A stretch of DNA of 64,000 nucleotides from Octopus sinensis (GCF_006345805.1 NC_042997.1:163370001-163434000), one strand, 5' to 3'; positions 48,134 to 62,612 are shown, counted from the first letter of the stretch. Numbers and translations: made by a program. The notes: generated by a model from the letters alone, not told the origin.

Positions 48134-48411
48134 CATACATACATCAAAAACTTGATATTCAACAATTCTACAGTTCAGTAAACCTGAGTAAACCTTACAT
48201 TAAATGTCTTTTTTTTTTAAATATCATAATCCTTTTTCCACCAAGATAGAAATGGATGTTTCATTCCCAGGATATAGAATGACCCTTAGTTTACAATTAG
48301 TTTTTCGATTCATTCCGTTTTATATTCTAAATGTCAGGAAACAAATTAATTCGACAAATAGATAAATGCAAAATAAAAAAAAATTGCTCTCATATTTAAT
48401 GCAGTTTCAGT

Positions 48412-49261
48412 TCAACTCTTTTGATACCAACCTGCCTGAGACAAACCCTCAGCTCTATGATATAAACATCCTCATTTAAAAGGATCTAAATTAAAACCTC
48501 TCATCAAAAGTTCAAACTTCATGTTAATCTATGTTCCAAACACCAGCTTCATAATGATATAGTTATTTTACTAAATTCTTCTATTTTCAAAATTTATTGA
48601 AACAAAGGCAATCTATCTAAATGAAAATTTGGTTTTAAAAAAATAGAGTTATTAAAAATAAAATACTATATTGTTGAAAGCAAAGTTAATCCAAAAGAAT
48701 GTCTGGAACAGCCTAAATGGAAAGCCAAGAAAGACCAACTCTCAGTTAATGATATAGAATTTATATCAACATTTGAAGTTTTTATTGATATTATAAATAG
48801 AATAGCAGCAATTCATGGTTAGCATGGGTATTCTCTAAACCTTTCTACTTCTCAATATCAACTAGTGTATTAGTAGCATAAGAGGGAGAAGAGACAGTTT
48901 CCACCCCTACCCCCACACCAGGCAGTGCTTCTATGGGAATGGTACTTTTGGGTCTGCCCTATAAGCTTATATGTTGTTTCTTTTTTTTTTTTGTTTAACT
49001 GTTATTGTTAAAATTTAAGTATATTTGGTGTATTTAACCCTTTAGTGTTTAAACCGGCCATATCTGGCCCAAATATTCTACAAGTTTTATATTCAAAGTG
49101 GCCATATCCAGCCTCTCACACCAAACCTACACTGACATTCTAAAAATAAACAAACACATCATTGAAACTTCAAAGCTATAAGCTAATGCATGATTAATTC
49201 AAAACAATTTGAGTGAAAAAGTATTACATTTAACAGAGTAATCTGAACACAAAAGAGTTAA
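48412..49261. mobile_element. Two piggyBac-like MITEs (48412-48653 family P2, 49034-49261 family P1 reversed)
   Basis: TCAACTCTTTTGATACCAACC start matches the 46022 family. TTAA|CCCTTT...AAGAG|TTAA. Confidence 0.65.
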
Positions 49262-49500
49262 AGCATACTATATTTGAGTATAACACAAACTAGTTAACAA
49301 TTAATCATCATCACCATCATTATTATAATCATTAAGAAAATCTAGGAAGTGCTGAACAGCAGAAGATGCTCTTCTACATGCAAATGTATCAGCCCTTGAC
49401 TCCTTACATTCAAAGAAGGTCAGGCAGCATTCAGGCCACAAGTCTTGGATACCCTTCTGTCATCACATTCTGTGCTACTTTTACATTGCATCCTTTTAGT

Positions 49501-49800
49501 GGAGGCACATGGCCTAGTGGTTAGAGCAGCAGACTCGTGGTCGAGAGATCACGGTTTGAATCTCAGACTGGGTAATGTGTGTGTTTATGAGCAAAACACC
49601 TAAGTTCCATGCAGCTCCGGCAGAAGGTAATGACGAAGTTCTGCTGACTCTTTCGCCACAACTTTCTCTCACTCTTTGCTCCTGTATCTTGCAGCTCACC
49701 TGTGACGGACTGGCGTCCCATCCAGGTGGGGGATCCTCTATTCCAAGGAAACCGAGAAACCGGCCCTTATGAGCCAGGCGTGGCTCGAGAAGGAACAAAC
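49501..49800 (+). mobile_element. Family G SINE
   Basis: Same head and GTGACGGACTGGCGTCCCATCCAGG core as 29307. Confidence 0.75.
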
Positions 49801-50191
49801 AAAATTGCATCCTTTTGGATGTTAAGAGGGAATTACTGTGCAATACATTGTATTTTTTTTGTGGGGGACACAAAGGTGTATGGGAGGGACATAAACCAAG
49901 TAGCATTCACTACAATGTATATTTTTGTACATTTGCTTAGTGACTCACTCTTATCACTACTTTAGCAAGCATAGTGAAAGTTATGCTTCTTTGATGAAAT
50001 CATAATAATTGCTTCTAATTTAGGCACATGGCTGAGAATTTTAAGTTAGTTGATGGCTATTGACCTCAGTACTTGATTGTTACTCATTTTATCAAAGCTG
50101 ACCTTGGTACGATCTGAACTCAGAATGTAAACAACTGGAATAAATACTGCAAGACGTTTTATCCAACTATCCAAAGACTCTGCCAATCCAC

Positions 50192-50347
50192 CAATGACAT
50201 AGCTAGAGTGTGTACTACCCAGGGTAGCCCTTGAATTTGCCATCCCCAACCACGGCCCTCATGTCCAAAATTCCAGCCCCATAAAAGCATTGACAAGGGA
50301 GGACCAACCAACTTGTCCCACTCCACCACATGCTAGCTATGCTACTG
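50192..50347. mobile_element. hAT MITE with perfect 8 bp TSD
   Basis: TIR CAATGACATAGCTAG / CTAGCTATGCTACTG. TSD CAATCCAC at 50184-50191 and 50348-50355. Confidence 0.8.
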
Positions 50348-50404
50348 CAATCCACCGCTTTTCTGCCAAAATATGTCTTATCAAAGTAATTGGTTTCAAA
50401 CTCT

Positions 50405-52515
50405 GGTACAAGGTCAGCAGTTTCAGGGAAGGGGATAAGTTGATTACATCAACCTCCAGTGCTCACTTAACACCGAAAGGATGGAAGGCAAAGTTGACCT
50501 CAGCAGAATTTGAACTCGGAACATAATGACAGATGAAATGCCGGCTAAGCATTTTTTTCAGTATGCTAATGATTCTGCCAGCTCACCACCTATGTCTTAT
50601 CAAAGTAATTAAATTTGATTTATTGAGTAATATTTTTTACACCTCATAATTATTTCTACTTGTTTTCTTTTTCCTAATGTTCTTTGCATTAAATATGTCA
50701 ACACTAAGTTGCAGCTGACAAAAGTTAATTTAATGTTAGCATAATGTAGTGAGCATTAAAATGGTAAAAAGAAATAATTAGTTTGATAGAAAGATAGAGA
50801 TTGAAGTGAGATAAAGAGGTAGGATAAACAGAGAATTCTTTGTGTTGATTTTGGATTTGTGAATAACAGTAAAAAATTAATACAGTCCATAATTGTTGGA
50901 CAATTGTTGAATAAATAGGTGCAGCCACGGCTGTATGGTAAGGAACTTGCTTCCCAACCACATGCTTCTGGATTCAGTCCCACTGCATGGCACCTTGGGC
51001 AAATGACTTCTACATATAGCCTTGGTTCAATCAAAGTCTTATGAGTGGATTTGGTGGATGGAAACTGAAAGAAGCTGTTGTCTCTCTCTCTCTCTCTCTC
51101 TCTATGTATATATATATATATATATATATACTCTCTTTTACTTGTTTCAGTCATTTGACTGTGGCCATGCTGGAGCACCGCCTTTAGTCAAGCAAATTGA
51201 CCCCAGGACTTCTTTGTAAGCCTAGTACTTATTCTATTGGTCTCTTTTGCCGAACTGCTAGGTTACAGGGATGTAAACACACCAGCATCAGTTGTCAAGC
51301 GATGTTGGGGGAACAAACACAGACACACAAACATATACACACACATACATATATATATATATATACATACATATATATGACGGGCTTCTTTCAGTTTCTG
51401 TCTACCAAATCCACTCACAAGGGTTTGGTTGGCCTGAGGCTATAGTAGAAGACACTTGCCCCAGGTGCCACGTAGTGGGACTGAACCCAGAACCATGTGG
51501 TTGGTAAGCAAGCTACTTACCACACAGCCACTCCTGCACCTATATATATATATATATATATATAAAAGGGTAAAGAACCCCTCTGATCATGGATGACCAT
51601 GGAATTGCACCAAGAAAGTTACCCTCCAAGGCACAAGTCTGGGCAAGGTTGTTTATGGAAGGCCAGCAGTCGCCATGCATACCAGCCTCCCCTCTTCACA
51701 CCACTGATATTATTCTAGGGAAAGGCAAAGGCCAATACAGCTTGGCACCAGTAACAATGAAACTCATTTCTACAGCTGAATGAACTGGAGCAACATGAAA
51801 TAAAGTGTCTTGGTCAAGAACACAACACACAGCCCAGTCTGGGAATTTAACTTACAACCTGATTGTAAGCCTGACACTCTACCACTGAGCCATGATATAT
51901 ATGTTTGTGTTTGTTTCCCACCACTGGTACTTGTGTGTTTAGGGTGGCGAGCTGGCAGAAACGTTAGCACGCCAGGCGAAATGCATAGCCGTATTTCGTC
52001 TGCTGTTACGTTGTGAGTTCAAATTCCGCCGAGGTTGACTTTGCCTTACATCCTTTCGGGGTCTATAAATTAAGTACCAATTACGCACTGGGGTCGATGT
52101 AATCGACTTAATACCTATGTCTGTCCTTGTTTGTCCCCTCTATGTTTAGCCCCTTGTGGGTAATAAAGAAATAGGTACTTGTGTGTTTATGTCCCTGTAA
52201 CTTAGTGGTTCAGCAAAAGAGACTGCTAGAATAAGTACCAGGCTTAAAAAAAAAAAATTAAATCAAGTGCTGCAGTCGATTCATTCTACTAAAGATTCTT
52301 CAAGGTAGTGCCCCAGTATGGCCACAGTATAATGACTGAAACAAGTTAAAAAAAAATAGGCGTAGGAGTGGCTGTGTGGTAAGTAGCTTGCTTATGAACC
52401 ACATGGTTCTGGGTTCAGTCACACAGTGTGGCACCTTGGGCAAGTGTCTTCTATTGCCTCAGGCCGACCAAAGCCTTGTGAGTGGATTTGGTAGACAGAA
52501 ACTGAAAGAAGCCTG

Positions 52516-52563
<48 letters not shown>

Positions 52564-52775
52564 ATATGTTTGTGTGTCTGTGTTTGTCCCCCCAACATTG
52601 CTTGACAACCAATGCTGGAGTGTTTACATCCCCGTAACTTAGTGGTTCGGCAAAAGAGACCGATAGAATAAGTACTAGGCTTACAAAGAATAAGTCCTGG
52701 GGTCGATTTGCTTGACTAAAAGGCGGTGCTCCAGCATGGCCACAGTCAAATGACTGAAACAAGTAAAAGAGTAAA
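50405..52775. mobile_element. Dense SINE cluster: A (50405-50590 -), B (50915-51075 +, 51125-51540 -), F (51560-51895 -), A (51943-52175 +), B (52175-52350 and 52358-52775 +)
   Basis: Consensus matches to the families defined above. Confidence 0.8.
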
Positions 52776-53629
52776 GTGTATTGATAAAATAACTATCAGA
52801 CAGAAACAAGTATTGTGGTTGATATTATCAGCTAAAACTTTTGAAGTTGTTGCTGTACCATGGCCATTTCTATATACCTGTAGGTTCTGAGTATTCCTAG
52901 CAGAGGTAGATAAAGTGATCTCATTAGGAACATTACATTTTCTCATCCTCTGGATTGGTAGGCAACGAAGGAGTTTCTATATGGTTGGTTGGTCTGCAAG
53001 AAAAAAAACAAAACACAGCCAAACCTCTTTCAAATCACACCCTATCATTTAAAAAAATCCAACAGGTTGGATAATGTGGGCCAGGTTTACCTGCAGAGAG
53101 GGAAAATATGGGATGGCTATAGCTGCAATGCTTTTAATCACAGGTCTGCTCATCAAGACAGACCTGGGGTTAAACAACAATAACAACAACAGCAGCAATA
53201 TCTAATGACTAAAACCAGTAGAAGAGTAGATTTTTTTGAATCTGTAGTTGTTTATTCATTGGAGCTATTCTTGGAGTTATTCCTGAAACTACTTAAGTTA
53301 CATCTTAACCGTATAACAGCTTTAAGATTAACTGTAAACATGATATCCAACACATCTATTCATCTAATATAAATATATATAGGCTGAATGAGTCACACAT
53401 ACACACACACACACACACATTTAAGTTTGGTAGCTCTTTTGAAATAGTCAATTTGTTAGCAGGGAAATGGAAGAAAATATTCTCAATAAATCTTCACTTT
53501 ATCAATCCAATGTGTTTAAAAAGCAAAAAAGTCAAATTCTTCTCTCCTTTCCACTTTGTTTCAAGGACATTACTGCCACTGGTAGTGTCAAAGATATATA
53601 AAATTAAAACTAAATCTGCTGGTCAATTT

Positions 53630-54659
53630 TCCCTCTTCATATCAGTGTTCCCACCACTTTTGAAATCCAGTCTGGATGTTGTTTTCTGTAAGTGAATCAA
53701 GGAGCTTCAGTGATTCACTGTTGATTTCAACAATATTATTAATTTGGCACCTTTGAGCTGGTTCTTCATCTTGGAGAAAAGATGGAAGTCCATGGGTGCT
53801 AAATCTGGCCAAAAAGGACAGGTGCAGAAATGATATCATTGTTGTTTTTGGCAAGAAACTCATGAGTGAGGAGAGCTTGGTGACAAGGTGCATGGTCATC
53901 AAGAAAAATCCAATTCTTTGTACTCCACAGATCCAATTGCTTTCTCCAAATGTTCTCCTTCAAATGCTTTAAAACATTGCAGCAAAACGATTGATGGCTC
54001 AGCTCTGGGGAACGAGTGCACAGTAAGATGGATTTTGAAAAAAATGAGCATGCTCTTGATTGAGCTGTGGCTCTGTCGTACCTTCTTCTGTTGTGGAAAT
54101 GAAGGCCTCTTCCATTGTGACAATTGCTGCTTTGTCACAGTGTTATACCTGTAATCCTAACTCTCATTACCAGTGATGATCCTCGATATGAAGGATGGGT
54201 CATCAGCTGCATGCTGATGGAGATCTTGACAGACTTCAATGCAATATTCTTTCTGCTCTGTGGTCAACAGGCAGGGGACAAACTTGGCAGAGACATACTG
54301 CGTATTCAATTCAGACACAGGGATTGCCTGCACAGACCAACAACATCAGCAATGTCATTGATTGTCCTTCAACAATCCTTAGACATAAGTTGATGAATTT
54401 TCTTCACATTTCCAGGATGACAGGTCTTCCAGATCGCTCATCATCTTCCAGGGACATTCTTCCACTTTTGAAACATCTGGCCACTTGAAACATTGCGTAT
54501 GACCCATTGCCTTGTCTCTGTAAGCTTGACGAAGTATGCTCAATGTCTCTGTACCAGACTTCTCAAGTTTAATGAAAATTTCATGTTGGCTTTTTGTTCC
54601 TGTCCATGACAAAATAGCAGACTACAGCATACATGTCATCACAAAAACACAAATTTCAC

Positions 54660-54660
<1 letters not shown>
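53630..54660 (-). pseudogene. Mariner transposase relic
   Basis: ORF fragments: FIKLEKSGTETLSILRQAY.DKAMG.TQCFKW (54379-54612), TKQQLSQWK.PSFPQQKKVRQS.S.IKSMLIFF (53899-54138) and a degenerate C-terminus ending FQKWWEH. Confidence 0.85.
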
Positions 54661-54694
<34 letters not shown>

Positions 54695-54726
<32 letters not shown>

Positions 54727-55525
54727 CACACACACACACATGTATACACACACGCACATATATACACACATATATATATAAAAAGACCACTCTGTTGGTT
54801 ATGACGACGAGGGTTCTAGCTGATATGAGCAACGGAACAGCCTGCTCGTGAAATTAACGTGCAAGTGGCTGAGCACTCCACAGACATGTGTACCCTTAAT
54901 GTAGTTCTCAGGGAGATTCAGCATGACACAGAGTGTGACAAGGCTGGCCCTTTGAAATACAGGTACAATTCATTTTTGCCAGCTGTGTGGATTGGAGCAA
55001 TGTGAAATAAAGCGTCTTGCTCAGGGGCACAATGCGTTGCCAGGAATTGAACTCACAACTTTATGATCATGAGCCGAATGCCCTAACCACTAAGTCACTT
55101 ATACACCACACACACACACATATATATATATACACACACACACACATGTATACACACACGCACATATATACACACATATATATATAAAAAGACCACTCTG
55201 TTGGTTATGACGACGAGGGTTCTAGCTTATATGAGCAACGGAACAGCCTGCTCGTGAAATTAACGTGCAAGTGGCTGAGCACTCCACAGACATGTGTACC
55301 CTTAATGTAGTTCTCAGGGAGATTCAGCATGACACAGAGTGTGACAAGGCTGGCCCTTTGAAATACAGGTACAATTCATTTTTGCCAGCTGTGTGGATTG
55401 GAGCAATGTGAAATAAAGCGTCTTGCTCAGGGGCACAATGCGTTGCCAGGAATTGAACTCACAACTTTATGATCATGAGCCGAATGCCCTAACCACTAAG
55501 TCACTTATACACACACACACACACA
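54695..55525. repeat. Near-identical 406 bp tandem duplication containing a CORE-type SINE (-)
   Basis: GACCACTCTG starts at 54785 and 55191. One substitution was seen outside the microsatellite (CTAGCTGAT vs CTAGCTTAT). Confidence 0.9.
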
Positions 55526-55803
55526 CCAACGACACATACAGATATCCATGAGAGGCTGTTTCCAGTTGCCATCTCTAAATCCACTCTCGAGGCTTTGATC
55601 AGCTCAGGGCTATAACAGAAGACATTTGCCTAAAGTGATACACAATGGGACTGAACCCAAAACCATGTGGGTGGGAAGCAATGTTCTTAACCACACAGCC
55701 ACATCTGTACTTTATATATATATATATATATCCTCATAACTTAGCAGTTCAGCAAAAGACCTGATAGAATAAGTAACAGGTTTTATACACACACACACAC
55801 ATA

Positions 55804-57073
55804 CAGGGGTTGGACAAAATAATGGAAACACCTTAAAATTTCAAACAAATTTATTTTAATATGGAGTAGGACTGCCTTTGGCAGTAATTACAGCTTGAAC
55901 GCTACAAGGTATGGGCTCGTACAATGTTTGAATTGTTTCCAAAGGAATTTTTGACCATTCTTCAACTAAAACAGTCTCCAGTTCTTGTAGTGATGATGGT
56001 GGAGGATATCAACTCCTTACTTCTTTTTCTAAAATGCACCATAAATGTTCAATAATATCAAGATCTGGGGACTGCGGCGGCCAGATAAGATATTCAGCTT
56101 CACTAGAATGTTCCTTGTGCCATTCAGTAACAGCTTTAGCTGTGTGAATTGGTGCATTATCATCCTGAAAGATTGCACTTCCCTCCAGAAACAGTTCTGC
56201 AACCATAGGATGATTTTGATCAGATAAAATGCTTAAATAGTCTTATTAATTTTGCCATGAAGGGAAACCATTGGGCCAGTGGATTTTCAAGATATAGCCC
56301 TCCAGATCATCACAGATCCTCCTCCATGTTTAACAGTTGGAAGAAGGCAGTCTGGGTCAAATGCTTCTTTTAGCTGTCTCCACATGTATACATGGCTGGT
56401 GGTTGGAAATAAGGTAAAGAATGACTCATCCGAGAAAATAACATTCTACTACTGCTCTAGGGACCAATTCTGTAGCTTTTTACTCCACTCTAAATGCTTT
56501 GCAACATTTGTTTTTGAAAGTGGTGGTTTTCTGACTGCAGCCCTCCCGTGAAATCTGACTTTTTGCAGCTCCCAGTAAACAGTTTTTGTGGAAACTGGGT
56601 TCTCAAGGTGGTCATTAAGCTCTGCAGTAATTTTGGGAGCTGTACTTCTGTGATCCTTTCTAATAATTCATGTAAGAGTCTGAAGGTCCCTATCTGAAAG
56701 TTTTGGTTTCCATCTGGAGTTTAGTTTCGATGAGGAGGTTTTTCTCTCTTTGTCAAAATCAGACATTACTTTCAAGACAGTACTTCATGTTACACCAAAC
56801 ATTTCAGCTGTTTTCATTACGCTAGCACCTGCCATACGAGCACCAACAATTTGACCTCTTTGAAACTTCGATAGATCTGTCATAGTTACGAATTTTAATT
56901 ACCTTTTTCTGATGATATCTGAAAAGAAACAGCAATTTTAGCAAAACATTAAGCAACACTAATAATAAATAAAAAAAAACATAAAAATAAACAAGCTTTT
57001 GATGATTTTGTAGATATTTCAAAATGATAATGCTATGATGCTAGGTGTTTCCATTATTTTTTTCCAAACCTTG
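55804..57073 (-). mobile_element. Full-length, inactivated Tc1-type transposon with DD36E spacing
   Basis: TA|CAGGGGTTGGACAAAATAATGGAAACACC ... GGTGTTTCCATTATTTTTTTCCAAACCTTG|TA. Transposase motifs VIFSDESFFTL (~56420-56445) and FQDDNAPIHTAK...WPPQSPDLDIIEHLW (56009-56206). Stops and frameshifts are present. Confidence 0.9.
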
Positions 57074-58273
57074 TATATATTGGTTAAACAACTTATCTTT
57101 ATTATGGCTCACAGATGTGAGACAGTGCATCTACCATTCACATAAGCAGTCTAAGCTGCATTAAATAATCTAAATGCAAGGTTAATGTTCAATTACAAGC
57201 AATCATTCAACACTTGACACACTTTGTCCTCTTGCTGTCTTTTTCAGTGTTATTGCATTACTACACATAAACCACTGTGTACAACTACACATAAACTACT
57301 GCATATGCAATTACACATACCCTGTTACAGATACACCTCTATACACACTACTCACACTGCTACTATATATATATATATCACTATTTACACAAATACACAT
57401 ATATCACTGCACACATAAAGACATATGCACCACCACCACCACATCTACAACACATAAACACATGCACATTCCACAATTAGCCAACAAGATAGCTTCTACA
57501 TGGTCGCTTGACTTGCTAGAAACAGCAGTCAGATCTTCGCCAAAACACAAGTCTTGGAAAAAAGAACATATTGGAGAATGTAGATGTGATAGACGTGGTT
57601 ATAATCCTTTTTATCATAGATTTTTTTTTTTAATCAACAAGGGCTGATGTGGGCTAAGCAGCAGCAGCAGCAGTAGCAGCAAAAGCAACAACAACAACGT
57701 TACATGCATATACAACCCCTAAACATCATACATTACACACATATCGTCTATATACACCCTACAATTTCTACAACCCCACTACACCTTACATACGCATGAA
57801 GCCATTATACCGTTATATTAAAGATGCTGGAAAATGGATACTTCCAAAGAAAAATAAAATTAAGAGCACGTGTACTTTTAGTGTACTTAGAGAACTGTGT
57901 GTGTGTATTATTGAGTGTGTATGTGCATGTATGTATACAATCAGACTCAGCTTGCCTATAAAAATGGCCACTACTATGCATGCCTCACTGAATTGAACAC
58001 TATTAAAATGAATTGCTGGGCTTAGTGAAGCTTTATTGTCTTTGTAGATTGTAGAGCTTCACTGAAGTAATTTTGTGCCTATCCAGTTTCTGCTTGCTCT
58101 GTTTTTGAAGGGAAATTGATGTGGCATGGGAATGACTGGCAGTGACCATGTTAAACATGTAAAACATTAAGACTTAATGACTGAAACAATTTTGATAGAT
58201 ATCTGATTCAATATCTACAAATATAGATTTGTACCATTCTCATATATACATATACATACAGACATATATATAT

Positions 58274-58334
<61 letters not shown>

Positions 58335-59774
58335 TTAAACACATAAGAGATGGCCTTAACAGGACATCTGTATTTTTATATGAATAATGTATAGTCTATT
58401 GACAAATTTTTTTCTTCTCTCTAGACCACTGGTAGCAAAGAATTTTTCTAAATTTTTTGTTACCCTAAGATTTATTAATATATATATATATATATGTAAC
58501 TGCATGTGTATTTAAATAAATGCATTTTTTACAATATCATTGCAATATTGAACATTTTGCGAGAAGTCAGTTACATATTTAAAAGAAGCATTATTGTATA
58601 TATTATATGATAAAACTAGAATGTGTGTGTGTATGTGTGCATGCTGATCTGTGAATTTCAATTCACTGTGTCCAATAAACACTTCAATGAACTCTTCTCT
58701 TTTAGAATTCATGCAGTCTTTTCTTTCTTAAACCAGTTCTGTGTCAAGTACGTAACCAGTGGCTTTAACGCCTGCTACTACACCTGACAATTTTCTTTTA
58801 GTTGTCAGTTGATTCACACCCAGAAAAGAAATATTTTTTTAACACCTTTGATGTTGTGTTACATAAAGTCACCTGAGGGTGCAAACCCTTTCATTAAAAT
58901 ATTTTGTATCCTATTCATGCTTTTCAGTTTTCCGGTAACTTTGTGATCATATGTAAAATATTACTCTCTATTTCAATAGATTAATTACCTTGTTGGGTCC
59001 TAGTTTGCTTCATATTTTCGTATGTAAATTCCCTCATTCCTTTATAAATTGAAAAATTGCACACTTTTCATTTATACCTACCAATTAAATACTATTTAAC
59101 ATCCATGGGTTGAAAGCTTTTAATGTTCAAAAGAAAGATAGAAAAAATAAATAATTCTTGTTACAGACTCTTTCTATTTTCATACATTTATAGCTGTACA
59201 GGTTTCCTCCCACTATTTTTTTGTCAAGAGGGGAGACAGAGTTTATAATGTTTTACAGAGCCTCTGAGACAGGTGAGAGGGAGAAAAGTGACCTGACCTG
59301 AATGCTTGCAACAGGGTGTTAAACAAGGCGATGTATTAAGTCTACCACATATGGTGGGATTTTAAATCACAACACAAATATCTTAAAGAATCCGATCTGA
59401 CATTCTCACAGTTCTGCCCTGGATTGGTACTTTTTTTTTATTGACATCGAAAGGATAGAAAATAAAGTTGATCATAGTGGGATTTGAACTCACAGTGCAG
59501 AAAATCAGAATAAATACAATCAGGCATTCTATCCAAAACTCTACTGACTCAGCCATTTCTCCACCTGGATGATGATTATGAAGTCATATACTCATTTTAA
59601 TCAGTTAGAATTCATTATAATTAATGTATTTGGTTATATTTTTCCAAGATGAATTAGTGCCCTATGATGAAGGAAATGGAGTAAGTAATATAGTATAAAA
59701 GCAGAATTAGATTTCAAAAATGTCAAAATAATGAATATTCTATGAGCTTACAAACAGCTTGTGCACAATTTGAG

Positions 59775-60140
59775 CTACTTATTCTTTTACTTGTTTCAGT
59801 CATTTGACTGTGGCCATGCTGAACACCACCGAGCAATCCTGGGTTGAGCAAATCGACCCAGGACTTATTCTTTGTAAGCCTAGTACTTATTCTATCAGTC
59901 TCTTTTGCCAAACTGCTAAGTTACAGGGACGTAAACACACCAGCATTGGTTGTGAAGCGATGTTGGGGGGACAATCACAGACACACAAACATACATACAT
60001 ATATACGACAGGCTTCTTTTAGTTTCCGTCTACCAAATCCACTCACAAGGCTTTGGTTGGCCAAGGCTATAGTAGAAGACACTTGCCCCAAATACCCATG
60101 TGGTTCATAAGCAAGCTACTTACCACACAGCTACTCCTAC
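59775..60140 (-). mobile_element. Family B SINE
   Basis: Colinear with 51125-51540. Confidence 0.8.
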
Positions 60141-61964
60141 TTAGCAACTTTTCCTTATAGGTTTACTTTAATAAAATTTTAAGTCTTGAATGAAAGATCA
60201 TTAAAGATTAAGCATATTGTTAGATTCAATGAAAGAAAATATATCAATAAAATTAGTCCTTCTCAAGGCTATTTGCTAATAGATTTTTTAATGAACTGGA
60301 TCTAGAAGTTTGATTCTCATATATATGCTTCTCTCTGAGGCATCACCTTTGGCCTTGTAGCAGTTTGCAATGATGCTGCTATGCTGCTCATGGGTATGAC
60401 ACCTTTCTGAGTGACTTGATTAACTCTTCAGGTGGTCATCTTGTATCCCATTTCCCCAGATATTTTTAGCATTTCTAATGGACTCACAGCTTCCCTCCTC
60501 CCCCTTTATTATATCCTTAATCACTTTATCTATCACATTGCTATCAATTTGAATCAGAGGCCCCTCTTTTGAGTCAGCATGGAGTAATCCCTGTTTATCT
60601 CATGTGTTTTCTACATCTAAATTAAGTTGTATTAAGTATATATGGTGTTATTTAATTTGGTACCTTACTGTTAATACCTTACGTTATATCCCTCTAGGAT
60701 CAATAGATAGTACTAAACCAATTATAAACCTAAGCTGAATCAGTAAATTATTTCTCCTCTGAGATAATCTTGAAGCTGAATATTTCAAAAAACTTCCTTG
60801 AACTCTAGAACAAAATGAAAGCAATACATTGTCATTGTCATCACCACTTCTGCCATCATTGTTGTCATCATTTAGCATGTTTTCCATGTTAGCATGGGTA
60901 AGATGATTTGACTGGAGCTGGTAAGCTGCTCTAGTCTGTTTTGGCTTGGTTTCTACAGCTTGATGCCCTTGGTGCTAGTTGTTTTAGCTGTTACACATTT
61001 TACAGCAGATTACATTGTTCCCCATGAGAAATCTATACCTATCTCATTGATGTTAGAGTATTTATTAGTTGTAAATAAAGCAGTAAAATATATTTGAATG
61101 TAATGATATACCTCTTTAGTAAGCCATTTTGGAAAGTTTTTAAGTATAGAGGTTTGGACAGATTCAAATAGCCTTGACTGGATTTTCAACTAAGAGCCAC
61201 TACCTAATCATACTGCCATATAAGGTATGGCCAGCTCCTTCAGAGACTAGAATACCCAAACATTTACCGGCCAGTCAGCATTGACTGGCATGTATCATTA
61301 ATGGTGGGGGAATAGTAAAGAAAAGTAACGTAAAGATCCCGCCAAATCATAACTCAAAGGTTCTAGAAAGTCTTGTCCAAGGTTATAAAAAACTAGTGAT
61401 TTGATTTCAACACCAGAGCCAACTCAGATTCCACATAGAACCATGTCATTTTGTAATGTGAAAAGTCTTCTCTTCTTCTTCTTCTTGTCTTTATATTTAA
61501 TACATACTGAAAAATCTATGTTTAACAAAAGTAAATTTTCCTTGTGTTTCAATATTGATATACATACATCATTCTATTTAATCATCCTAGTGTTTCAATG
61601 TTGACACGCATACATAATTCTAACGAATTATCTGCTCTATTTAGTTTCTACAATAGATAAAAAATTAACACATGCAACACAAGAGATTTAACAAGAATAT
61701 TCTCTTTATCTTATACATTGTAAATCTTTAGAAATTATATACATACTTACAAAAATGTTCCACAGTGTAATACAAAAAACACTATTACATATGATATATA
61801 AACAGTTTAATATTATAAGAAATGTAGAAACACCTATTTATTTGTACTATCATTCTTGCCTACAAACACAGCCTCTACCTGAATATTAATGACATAATAA
61901 TGACCACCACCACTTATACTTTTTTTTTTGCATAACAGGTCAAGGATGTTTATAAACTGTACGG

Positions 61965-62612
61965 TTTCTGCAATTTTAACCAATCGCTGATGTCTATTTA
62001 GGTAAATAACATTCTGTGCATAATGAATATGTCCCTCGTTTAAGAAACAGATTGGGTTTATTTACATTTGCGAAGAAAAAAGATACCCTTCCCCCACCCC
62101 TAACTCTAACCCTAAATCTAAAATAGATTGAAATGCAATAGATCGATACTGGGGTTATAATTATGGGTGACAATTTCATATGACACCGCTACGGAAAATG
62201 GGATTTTTTTCTAGCGGTGTCAAATGAAAATGTCACCCATAATTATGGCCCTAGTACCGATCTATTGCATTTCAATCTATTTTAGATTTAGGGTTAGTTA
62301 GGGTTAGGGTTAGGGGTTGGGGAAGGGTATCTTTTTTTCTTCACAAATGTAAATAAACCCAATCTGTTTCTTAAAGGAGGGACATATTCATTATGCACAG
62401 AATGTTATTTACCTAAATGGAGGTCAGCGATTGGTTAAAATTGCCGAAATGCTCGAAATTAAAGACGAAATATGTTACAACATATAGAATTTTCTCAATA
62501 AAGCCAAGAGAAAATGATGTTTTATAAACACATTCTACCAGTATACGAAGTTTAAAACTTTTTAGTTACCTAGAAATTATGTTACAAAGTGCCGTTCAAA
62601 AGGAAAAGATCC
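61965..62612. mobile_element. Family E element whose 5' part forms a ~485 bp palindrome with an inverted partial copy
   Basis: Arms 61965-62191 and 62212-62449 with a 20 nt spacer. (TTAGGG)-like core. The right copy continues to GGAAAAGATCC. Confidence 0.8.

Noticed and set aside
48625-48822. 65-codon plus-strand open frame (KYYIVESKVNPKECLEQPKWK...)
   Set aside because: The only candidate acceptor lies within a MITE end, and the strand conflicts with the better exon candidates. Not supportable without RNA data.
57795-57830. Possible minus-strand start exon (ATAATGGCTTCATGC|GTATGT)
   Set aside because: Splice signals are plausible, but it has only four codons, so it cannot be distinguished from chance.
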